Origin: Eledone cirrhosa | Taxonomy: Eukaryota | Length of the DNA: 64,000 nt | Reading direction: 5' to 3' | Assembly (NCBI GenBank): GCA_964016885.1 | Contig: OZ024740.1 | Span: forward strand, 183,334,001-183,398,000 | Shown: one piece after another, positions 38,474-49,970 of the stretch | Layout: the number at the start of each line of letters is the position of its first letter | How positions within the stretch are numbered: position 1 is the first letter of the stretch | The notes under the pieces: model-generated | Databases searched by the model: none | Seen by the model: the letters and a program-made list of their open reading frames with translations, nothing else | Told to the model about the DNA's origin: nothing | Translations under genes and position numbers: made by a program

Positions 38474-40029
38474 ATTAGTAATAATAATAATGATGATGGA
38501 GACATATAGTAAGAATCTATTGCTCCAGGTATTATGTATTACAATATCTGAAAGGCAGTAAGCTAGAAAATACTGGAATATACCACAAGGTTTTAAAATG
38601 TCAGTGATGCAAATCTTGCAATTGTCAAAGAAGATGAGAACACAGAATACATGTAAAAAGGATAATAGTATTACCACAGAAAAATATCAATGTCTTGCCA
38701 ACAGATCCATAAACAATAAAAGGTTAACATATATAGATAGGTAACTTGTATGTAAGACCAACATATTACTTGCTATGCTTTAATACAATTCAACTTACAT
38801 CCAATCCACACAAGCTAAAAAAAATATATATTTGCTATACTCTCTGAGAATTGGAAATGTTTTGCATTGTAATAATGTGGTTCTTGGTTCAATATCCGAC
38901 TGTGCCACATCTTGGTCAATGGCCTTCTATGACAGTGTGGGTCGATCCAAAATGGGGGAAAAAAAACTGGGCACATAAAACTATACAGAAGCACAGTGGA
39001 TGGATTGTAATCATTGTTGGGTGGCAGATTTTGCTGCCTAGTTTAATGCTACATTTTGGCGCTTCACTATCATTAAGGGAGACCACTCTGTTGCAAGCAT
39101 TTGAACTGGGTCTTTTCCCCTACCAGTCTCAGATACCCTTTCGAATATGTGTTTTGCCGAGCAAATTGTTTAGAGAAATTCTATGCAATATTTTAAATGA
39201 AGAAGATGCCCAAATTTGTTAGGAAATCTTGCCATAGAGGTTTTGTTCTCTTCATCAAATATTTGTGTATGAATGGAACAAAAAAAAGTCATGAGGAAAG
39301 AGAGAGATGGCAGAGGGGATAAGGGAGAGTGAGTGAGTGAGAGATAGAGGAGGAGGAGGAGAGAGAGAGAGAGAGAATATGTGTGCATATGTGATGGTTG
39401 TTGGAAGACTATTTGGAAAATCAGGAAATGAAGAAGTTCTGTATGAGTAAGTCACGGTCACCTGATCTGAGTTGTCTCACAATGGGACAACTCATTAAAC
39501 CCATGCAAGTGTGGAAAAATGGATGTTAAATGATAATAATGATGGTGATGATGATGATGATTGACATGAAGCTGGACAATGCAATATTGAGATACCATGT
39601 CTTGATGACTTTTCAAAACAGAGTCAAACACACATGCTCCCACATACATAGTCATCTCTACATGAGTTTCAAGTTTGATCTGTATAAGGGGATTGCATCA
39701 AATATATGTTACTATGGTTTCATTCACTAAAGAAAATATTAATGAAATTAAAGTTAATGAACTTAAGGAGTTTACGCACATTTTTTTAACCCTCTATGCA
39801 ATTTCTTTGAGCCGTTTGCCCTTTTTTCTTGTTAGTGTGTAATGTGCTGATGCCTTTAAAAATCCCTGAGATAGCTCTGCTTCTGAACTTCTATACACAG
39901 AAAAAGAAAATTAACAATTCAGATTGCATCCATAAGAAGTTAACCTGACTGAGTGACAATATCTCATTAACCAAGTCACTCAAATATTTGATGCTCTGCC
40001 TCCTCACTCTAACTTTTTTACCTTTACTA

Positions 40030-40207
40030 TAATTATTTCTACCTATTGGCACAAGACTGGCAATTACCTCAGTGCATTATCAACCTCTTATGGATGATAG
40101 TCAAAGTTAACCTCGGTGGGATTTGAACCCACACCGTAAAGGACTGTAACTCTATGTTGCAAAGACTGACATCTGACCCTCTACCAATACTGCCAATCCA
40201 CTACCCC
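40030..40207 (-). mobile_element. MetaSINE-like SINE (diverged)
   Basis: Aligns by eye with 38283-38473. Confidence 0.75.
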
Positions 40208-42329
40208 ACTACTATAATGGCATTTGATCACCAGAATTAGCTAGCTGCACACTACTTTCATTCAAGAACACACAATGCACACCCCTCACCTTCTTTCATC
40301 AATTATTTGTTTCCACTGCCAGGTCATACATTAACTACTTTCTTCATTAAGTACCAACCCTCAGCAATAAATTGCTGTCCATGTTTTTACCTTTTTCCAA
40401 GAGCTGTCAACTTGTATCTGTTTACACTGAATATCAATCACATAAATCTGATCAGCCTTGAAAAAAACCTATTGCAAACATAATGCCCATTGTCCGTGGA
40501 ATATATCAATCTGATTAGTTAGGAGAGCCTATGATGGTTATGGGAATAGTAACTTTCTCATGACTAAAACTATTTAAAAGGCAACAGCCATGTGTCCTCT
40601 TATTTATACAAATACGCATCAGCTAAAAATACCAACTAAATCTCTTCATTGTTATAAAAAGGGAAGGAAGCATTGGATATCTCCATAAAGATGGGAGGGT
40701 AAAAATTGCAAAGCCTTTAATAATTGATTACTCCAGTCAGAGCTAGCCTGGCATTAAACAAAATCAATCACACATGCAACTACTTCTCACTCCCACTCTC
40801 TCTCTCATAAATATGCTCATACACACACAGACACTCGCAACACAAACACACACACACAAATACTTGAAGAAGACAGTAAAATCTAACAAAAAAGGGCAAA
40901 GAGGATAATTATTCTTTGTCAATTTCTTTAATATCTTCTTTGACATCCTCCTCATCCTTTTATGTTCACTTTCCAAGGGGGCACAGGTTTTTACAGATGG
41001 TCACAGTCAGATTCAATTTTTATTAGTTTCAATTAAGGTGGTTATTTCAACTCTTGAGTTGTGGCATCTCACAACATACTTCATTGTAAATATTGATTTC
41101 TGATATTACCTCATGGGCCAAAATTTGTGGAAAGTGTACAGTAATTTAAGACTAATTCTCATTTAACTTAGTTAGTTAGTTGAAGTCTATTATAAGCCAA
41201 AGGCTCATAAGGTTGGGGCTTATACCTGGTTTCCTTGGCATTAAGTGACTGAGATTACAAGACAATTCCTGTACAGGATTAACACTCCCCAGCAACTTCT
41301 TGTACCCACTCTCAGCTTAGTGTACTGGAGCAACTTGAAATAGTGTTTTACTCAAGAGCACAATGCAGCAGCCTGTCCAGGAATCAAACAGCCGACATTA
41401 TGATCCAACATCAACCATCCTAACTATTAGGCCATGTTTCTTCATTAGTTTACATACATTTTCTGACTGCTAATTATATTATTGACCCCAAAAGATCAAG
41501 AGTAATTTTGGATCATTTTCCATGGTTTAGTCAAAGAAAGAAAGACATAAATCTACAACCTTTTCAAGGCCTCAACGAGGGGAGTGGAGGGGAGGATGTT
41601 ATCCCCAGAACAGAGAACTGACCTGAATGCTTGTATAAGAATGGACTTCACTGAAGGCACTCACATTTTAGAGTTGAATTTCGCAAGAGATTAAGTCACC
41701 CATCCATAGTTGCAATAATTGTTTGATCTTGGCAGAATTCTAAACATGAAAGTAATAAGGCAAAGTTAAATGTTGGAACGCATTTTGTCCAATACTCTAC
41801 ATATTAGGCAAATTTACCACCTTCAACTTTCTTGTTGATAAGATCAACTCTCTGGATTGATATAAGGAGTACAGGATAAAACAACCTGTCCTGATATATA
41901 TAAATATCCTCAAATAGCTCCAAACTTTGACAAACAAATGCTGCAGAAACATAATTAAAATTAGATATAAAACAAATTGCGAGCTGCAAAGACATCTGAG
42001 TCAAAGCCAAATAGGAACATGTTAGAAAAAAGATAGTGAGACATATAAGGAGAGGGTAAGCCATATCGTAACACTTAACATCCTGTACCAAATACAACCA
42101 CAATAGAATGACATTCTTAAAAAGTACAAAGCAAATCTATGACTGCATCACACTAAAAATGATGGATGGATTTTTAACCTGTGTATGGCTGAAGTAAGAA
42201 CAAAAGTATATATGAGCTGACTGGATTCTGCACAACAGATATTGGTAATTTGATGACAAGAGAAACAACTGAAATTACACTGATGTAGATGAGACATTTT
42301 CGCTTGAGTTAGTTCATTCCGGGTTAAAC

Positions 42330-42790
42330 TTCTGGTTATTCTTCCAGTTACATAATAGATACTTTGCAGAATTGGAGCAGTTGTTAAAAATAATTGGATC
42401 TTGTGTTATAGCAAATACTATTACGTAACCACTTCAAAATATTCTCTCTTTCATCAATACACAGCTTACAGGACACTGCTTTATTTCTGTATGGTCTTTA
42501 TTTGGTTGGAACTTGAAGATTTCAAGTCTGATCCTTGAGTGACGATACATGGCTTGCCAGCTTCATGGACGGTTGCTTATCAGAGTGTCTAAAGCTCGTC
42601 TGATGGTTAAAGAAGCCTTCTTTAAACCAGCCCTCTGACATACAAGCATATGTTTTGACTTCCTGTTGTTGATTATTATGAGTGGATGTAACTTCATCCT
42701 CATAATTGACTGCAGGTGTATTACACGGTTGTAGAAGAAGGCATGATTCTGGTTTCTGCAAGAGCATCCAAGTGGCAGAGATCTCTTGAG
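42330..42790 (-). pseudogene. Degenerate PLE GIY-YIG endonuclease relic
   Basis: Frameshifted GCSCR/KPESCLL..CNTPAVNYEDEVTS..KTYACMSEGWFKEGFFNHQTSFRH..KLASHV.SLKD, then CKLCIDERENIL; fits the C-terminal layout CxCR..CP..C...VVY..YIG..FKER..NH..SF of Hydra-like PLEs. Confidence 0.65.
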
Positions 42791-43036
42791 GCCATAATTA
42801 TATGCTGTAAAGCATGCGTTCTGATGCTCTACCACTTACTACCACTCCACCACCCTACTGGTCAATATAATGCTGGTTGTTGATAATAAATGGAGAATAT
42901 GAATTCATATCTATCAGCATCCTCACCTTAATAGTAATTGTTGTTGACAAGATCTTTGTCATCATTTTAACATTTATATTTTTATACTGTTGGCATATAT
43001 TAGATGGAACATACATACATGTATGTATGTATGTAT

Positions 43037-45352
43037 ATTCTTTTGGTTATATAATTTCACAAATTTTTTCCCAATAAAGGGAGAGTCGGTTTCTAACATA
43101 GACACAATACTCTCTCATTGGAATTTACACAACATCAACTAGGTAGATTATGTATGCATGCATGTGTAGATATGGATGTTATTGTATGTGTGGATGTGGA
43201 TGTTTTGAGTTGTATGTGTGCATGTGTATATGCTTTGCATCCGTACATGTGTATATGCAGTTATTAGATGCAACATTTTTGGAATGTTTTACATATTTTT
43301 ACTGTTCCATTAATGGATTGTACTTGTAGTTTCCTAACTAGTTGTGTTCTTTCTGTTCCTATGAAGCCTAGCTTCTCAAGATTTGTATTGAGGAAGTTAC
43401 TAACATACCCCAGTGCCCCAATAATCACAGGCATAAATCTGAAGGTGTAATCAGGGTGGAGTATCTGCAGATTTCTCATCAGTTCTGCATAAATATTCTC
43501 CTTTTCGTTAATCTTTGATATTATATTGGCAACTGCTGGGCAGCTAATTTCCACTAGTGTGCATGATTTCTTCTCCCTGTTCCATATAATATCTGGTCTG
43601 TTATGCCTGCATTTTATTGGTGTTTTTACTGGAACATTCCACTAGTACTCTTTCATATTATGTACATGGATGTCTTCCACATTGGTGTAGCTTTTAATGT
43701 GTTTATTATCGTGTCTATCTTTTTTACGAACTGCATTGTAAAGTGTTTTGGCTACTACATCATGCCTCATAGGTAGATAGTACCGCGATGACATCTTTGG
43801 ACAGCTGCTGATGACATGGGTGATATCCTCGATGTTAGTTCTGCAGAGTCTGCACTTGTTATCACATCTAGGTGTTTTGCCTGCATCCCTATATCTTTTG
43901 TAAATCAGGTATTTCATATTAATCTCCTGTTCTTGGATTGCAAAAGCATATCTTTCAAAGTGGGAACCAATATAGTGGTTGTTGGTCCAAGGTAGACTAC
44001 TTTCCTTATCTATATTACTCTCACTCTGGAGCTTCCTGGCAACATATCCATGCATGATTTTTTGCTGATAAGCATGCAGTTTTTCATCCATGGATTCACT
44101 GCGATACTGCTGAGCGACTTCCCTAGGTGTGAGTTTTTGATTATCAAACAGAATATCTCTCAAGGAATTCCTTCCCAACTCTCATGATCTTATCTGTTTC
44201 ATGCAGATAGACTTGCTCAAGAAATGGGCTCCCATGCTTCGAGGTTTGTAGATGTTGTCGGAGAGATATGATGTGACATTCAAATGTTGTCTGGACTGAT
44301 GTTAGGCCTCTGCCTCCCTGCTTACGTTTCAAGTAAAGACGGTCTATGTCACTGTTGATGTGGAAGTTTCCAGTGTTGTTTAGTATTTTTCGAGTTCCAA
44401 CATCAACTGCTCAGATTTCGTCTATCGTCCAATTGAGTATTCCAAACGTTGGTGTTAGGACAGGCACAGCAAACATATTATGAGCCAATGTTTTGTTTTG
44501 TGCAGAGAGTTCCAATGACCAGATCTTTCTTAATCAGGTGTAGTATTCCCTGGTTACGCATTCTTTATTACAGATACCATTATAGGATATGTTCTCATCT
44601 ATCCCCAGATATCTGTAGCAGTCCTCATCAGATATCGGTGAAACTGTTAGGCCATTGATGACAATGTTGCTAGATTGTGTTGTTGTTTTTACCCACTCTA
44701 CAGTCATCTATGAGCATTTATCTTGGCCAAACTCCATTCCTATATCCTTTGAGAACGTTGTAACCAGTCAAGATTTTTCTTCATCCCATCCATCTTCTTG
44801 GCATAGAGTTTCAGATCGTCTACAAAGAAATTATGGGTTAGGTTCGTACTTCTGTCCTCCTGTGAGCTAATGATGTATCCCTCACATTTCTTGAGCAGAA
44901 AGGACAAGGGGTTTAATGACAAGATGAATAATATCACAGAGAGACTGTCCCCCTGAAATATACCCCTGCAATATTTTATTTTATCAGTGAAAATAGAGTC
45001 CTCCCTCTCTGTCTTTAACCTTAGGATAGTAGCCCAAGAAGAAGACAACCTCTCTATGGCTCTGACAATAATATCTGGGACTTTAGCAAGTTGGAGGGCC
45101 TCTATAATCCAAGAGTGGGGAACAGAATAGAAAACTTTCCTATAGTCCAGCCAGAATGTAGCCATATTCCTCCTAAGTTGTCGCACCTCCGACATCGCAG
45201 TTTTGTTGATTAGGAGTTGTTCAGCACATCACCAAAACCGATTCTTTCCAGCTGCTTCTTCATCTGTGATGATGTTATTATTTTCACAGTGATCTTGGAG
45301 GAATAGTTTCAAGCAGGCTGTATACATCTTATACATCAGATTCTGGCATGCA
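43037..45352 (-). mobile_element. 5'-truncated R4/Dong-like LINE (RT, CCHC, RLE) bounded by (TACA)n
   Basis: IACQNLMYK, WLDYRKVFYSVPHSW, GIFQGDSLS, FFVDDLKLY, KQGGRGL, CRLC..EDITHVISSC..RHD, NRPDII..EISCP, PVIIGALG. Confidence 0.92.
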
Positions 45353-45412
45353 ATGTATGTATGTATGTATGTATGTATGTATGTATGTATGTATGTATGT
45401 ATGTATGTATGT
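45353..45412. repeat. (TATG)n microsatellite
   Basis: Direct reading. Confidence 0.95.
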
Positions 45413-45519
45413 TTTATTATTACTTTTTTTTTTTTTTTCCAATTCAATGATGTTCCAGAACAATATAAAAGAGATAATTGGCAATTTAGGTTCTGGAACA
45501 AAAAAGATCATTGGCAATA

Positions 45520-48500
45520 AGGGCAGGGGCCCCAGGTTATCACAGCCTGGGCCCGCTCGTCATCGTGCCATTGTAATAGAGCCAAACAAGGCATTTAGTC
45601 TTGGCTGCTGGAACGTACGGACGCTGCTTGACAGGGATTCCTTGGGGCGTCCTGAACGAAGGAGAGCTCTTGTTGCAAAGGAGCTTCGACGTTACAATCT
45701 TGACATCGTGGCTTTATCTGAGAATAGGCTAGCTGGAGATGGTCATCTTACGGAATTTTGTGGAGAATATACATTCTTCTGGAAAGGAAGAGATGAAGGA
45801 ACCAGAAGAGAGGCTGGGGTAGGATTTGCTGTTAAGACTGTGCTTGTGAACAAATTAGAAGAATTCCCAGTAGGGATTAGTGAGCGTCTTATGTCCATGA
45901 GAGTTCCGCTGGACAAGGGAAGATATGCTACCCTGGTGAGTGTGTATGCTCCAACTATGAGTTCTGTCGATGAGGAAAAGGTGTCCTTTTACCATGCCTT
46001 GAAAGGTGTTTTAAGAAATATCCCTCAGGCAGACAAAGTCATCGTGCTTGGTGACTTTAATGCTAGAGTGGGTAGGGATTTTAACACATGGAATGTAATC
46101 GGAAGGCATGGGGTGGGAAAGTGTAACAGCAATGGTATGCTCCTGCTGCAGATGTGTGAGGAGCTGGATCTGTGTGTTACCAACACCATGTTCCAACAAA
46201 AGAACAAATTCAAGACCACATGGATGCATCCTGCATCTAAGGATGGCATCTTTTGGACTACGTCCTAGTCAGGATGCGTGATAGACAGGTTGTGCAGTGT
46301 GTTCGTGTTCTTCGTGGAGCTGGACGGACCACTGCCTGGTACGCGCAAATTGAAACTAATCACTAAAATCCGGGCTCCTGGTGTTGCCCTGCCCAAAAGA
46401 TTGAATGCTCCTCGTCTTAAGGATAAAAATGTGAAGAGGACATTGGAAGAAGAGATGCAGGCTGCAGATATTGGTGAGGATTGGCCGACCCTTAAAAAGT
46501 CAGTTTATGGTGTAGGCAGGCGTGTTCTGGGATTGGCGCAGTGGAATCATCAGGACTGGTTTGATGAGAATGATGTTCATATAGAAGACTTGTTGGCTGA
46601 TAAGAGGCGTGCTCTGTCACGCTACTTGACGGCAAAACCACAGGAGAGGAATACATTGCATGAGGAACTCAGGGATGTAAAATCACGTGTTAGGCGGAGT
46701 CTTTCTCAGATGAAGGATCAGTGGTGGAGTGAGAAGGCTGGTGAGATACAAACGGCGTCTGATTCCAATAACACAAAGCTGTTGTACAGTCTCTTGCGTG
46801 AGGTTTATGGACCGTCTTCTTCTCTGGTGACACCGCTTCGCAGCAAGGATGGCAAAGAACTTCTTCGTGACTCACAAGGAATTCTACGAAGGTGGCGAGA
46901 GCACTTTGATGATCTTTTGAATCAGCCGTCTGTCGTCAGTGAAGATTTCCTCAATCTCATTCCAGAAAGTCCTGTGAAATTAGCTCTCGCAGAACCTCCG
47001 ACGCTTGTAGAGGTTGCAGTGGCTATTTCGAAGCTGAACAGTGGAAGATCTCCAGGTATGGATGGCATACATGCTGAGCTCCTACAATATGGTGATGAGA
47101 GACTCCTGCAACATCTTCACTCTTTGTTTGGCAGGATATGGACTAATGAATCCGTACCTGAGGACTGGAGAGATGCAGTAATGGTGGTCTTGTACAAGGG
47201 AAAGGGTAACAGGAACGATTGTGGGAACTACAGAGGTATATCATTGCTTTCTGTCGTAGGGAAAGTTTTATGTAGGGTGCTTCTGGACCGTCTGCTGACA
47301 CACATTGCAGATTGTGTTCTTACTGAAAGTCAATCTGGTTTTCGTGCTGGACGCGGCACTACTGATATGATCTTCTCAGCTAGACAGCTCCAGGAGAAGT
47401 GCATGGAACAAGGCTTGGATCTGTATCAGATTTTTGTTGATCTGACAAAAGCTTTCGATACTGTTAACAGAGATGCATTATGGAAAGTTCTCCAGAAACT
47501 TGGTTGCACTGATAAGTTCCTTGCTTTAGTTTGGTCTTTCCATGACGACATGAAGGCTTGGGTTAATGTCGGGGGTAACATGTCGGAGCCTATCTCAGTA
47601 AAAAATGGAGTGAAACAGGGGGATATTCCAGCACCGACCCTGTTTGCCATATACTTAGCAATGGTTTTCTGTATTGCACTCAGGAATTGCGAGCATAGTG
47701 TTTACATCCGATATCGAACCGCAGGCACCATATTTAACATCAGGCGCTTTGCTGCGAAGACAAAAGTATTTACATCAATCATAAGAGACCTCTTGTATGC
47801 AGATGATTGCGATCTTGTAGCGCACAAAGAGAGTGATATGCAGCACATTTTGAATGCATTTTCTGACGCTTGCACTGCCCTAGGTCTGACTGTCAGTCTC
47901 AAGAAAACCGTCGTCATGTACCAACTTGCCCCTGGTAAGCAGTACACTGAACCACACATCTATGTGTATGGCAAACGACTTGGAGTGGTTGATCAGTTTG
48001 TCTACCTGGGGAGCACTGTCAATCGATACGGCAACCTTGACAGTGAAATCTCACTTAGGATTAGGAAAGCAAGTGATGCTTTCGGAAAGCTAGAAAGGCG
48101 ACTCTGGGGTCGGCGAGACATATGCAGGAGGACAAAGGTAAACATGTACAGGGCATGTGTGCTCTCTTGTCTTCTTTATGCCTGCGAGACCTGGGTCACA
48201 TATCGACACCACCTTAAGCAATTGGAGCGTTTCCATCAGATGTGTCTCAGACGGATCCATGGCGTTCACTGGAGGGACCACATCAGTGATGTCGAGATTT
48301 TGGAGAGCTCTATGTGTGACAGTATAGAAGCTCTTGTGCTTAAGCAACAACTCCGTTGGAGTGGTCACCTTGCCAGGATGAAGGATTCTAGAATACCAAA
48401 GCAACTCTTTTATGGAGAGTTGGTTAAAGGAAAACGACCGCCACATAAACCAAAAAAATAGGTATATGGATTCCTTGAAAGCCTCTCTGAAAGACGCTAA

Positions 48501-49330
48501 CATCTCTGCTGATACATGGGAGAATATTGCTGCTGATCGTAATAAATGGAGAAAGACTGTATATGAGGGAAAAGTTGCCTTTGAGGCATCTCGAATCGCA
48601 TACGAGAAAGTAAAGCGGGATGTGAGGAAGGGCATTGCTGTTGCACTTCCAGACGGCGAGGGTCCTCCTATGGTGGTGACATGCAGCGTATGTGCGAGAC
48701 TCTGCCTAAGCAAAGCTGGACTCGAAAGTCATCTTCGCAGTCATAAAGTAAGACCAGTGGTTGACTACCAGGCTGCTGTTGGAGATGCTACTCATCATGC
48801 TTGCCAAACATGTGGTAGAGAATGTAAATCAGCAGGAGGGTTCATGTGACATGCAAAAGTACACGAACTCCAACTACAGCCGACTATTCCCAGTGAATGT
48901 TTTGGTTTCCGACTCTGTGCAAGACATTTTAGATCATTGGCTGGGCTAAAAAGCCGCATTAGATCGCAGCGCTGTTAGTTGCTATTGTGTGTGTGTAGAT
49001 ATGCTTGTGTGTGTGCGTGTGTGTGTATATATATATGTAAATGTATATTATTATTGTTGTTGTCGTTATTATTATTGTTGTTATTATTATTATTATTGTT
49101 ATTAATGTATGTGTGTGTATATGTGTGTGTGAGTGTGTGTGTGTGTATGTGTGTATGTATATATAGATATATATTTCTTCTCTTTTTTTTATTTTAATTT
49201 TCTTTTTATTTATTTATTATTATTATTATTTATTTTTTATTTTTTATTTTTTTATTTCTCCTCGTGCAATGGCCATACTCGATAACTAGGGGGCAGCCAT
49301 CATGTATGTATGTATATATGTATGTATCTA
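45520..49330 (+). mobile_element. Near full-length RTE (BovB-like) LINE with C-terminal C2H2 fingers and (TATG)n tail
   Basis: APE domain (LGCWNVRTLLD..PERR.ALVAKEL, YAPT, LGDFNARVG), RT, zinc fingers, simple-repeat-rich 3' UTR, end GCCATACTCGA..GGCAGCCATC(ATGT)n. Confidence 0.9.
45590..48978 (+). pseudogene. RTE APE-RT ORF with frameshifts near 46240, 46320 and 48455
   Basis: ORFs 45348..46268, 46278..48461 (NYRGISLL, QSGFR, FVDLTKAFD, GVKQGD, LYADDC, YLGS, QLRWSGH) and 48412..48849 (CSVCARLCLSKAGLESHLRSH). Confidence 0.9.
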
Positions 49331-49970
49331 TGTGTCAGGTCACCAGTTGGTGCTACTGGTAACATGTATCCCAGTACAACCTGTCCCATGGTCGGGTCGT
49401 TGGCGACTAAACTGGCAACCTTACCAAGGTTTCTTGGTGAGGAGGGTGACTTTGGACATCCTGCAGGACTAAAAACAAAACCTGTCAAAGGGCAAAGGAG
49501 CTCTTAAGAATCAATGGCCATCCAAAATCACCAGAGAGATGACCCCTTAGCCTTTGTCAAGGCAGAATTCTAGGAGAAGGATAACTCTGATATAACACCT
49601 GCAACCCTGATGGTATCCAATGATGTTGACTTGTTCTTCTTTTTGGTAAATATCATCTTGGTTAAGAGAGTGGGACTGGCTTTGTGCAGGGCCTTTGCTC
49701 ACTATAAAAGCTTCACGGCACAGGCATTGCTTTATATCTGGAGATCTCTCTGCACTTGCGTCACAGGGTACCATGGGCCCAGCACTATGTGTCAATAATT
49801 GTCACAGGTGTAGTATTTGTAACAGAGTTTTCAAGTCGCTGGCTGTACTAAAAAGTCACACTCGTTCAGCGCATCGGTAGGGGTTCTCCTACATGGATAT
49901 AAAGTAGTAGCCATACTCGAAAACGAGTTGGCAGCCACCATGTATGTATGTATGTACGTATGTATGTATA
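49331..49970 (+). mobile_element. Short non-autonomous RTE derivative (5'-like region, last zinc finger, 3' end)
   Basis: CSICNRVFKSLAVLKSHTRSAH; same terminus GCCATACTCGA..GGCAGCCACC(ATGT)n as the preceding element; no RT. Confidence 0.7.

Noticed and set aside
38851-39222. 123-aa ORF as a host exon
   Set aside because: No recognisable domain, non-ATG start and no supporting exon structure; short host exons elsewhere cannot be excluded without RNA data
45348-45520. N-terminal extension of the RTE endonuclease ORF
   Set aside because: Read-through of (TATG)n and poly-T; not part of a plausible protein
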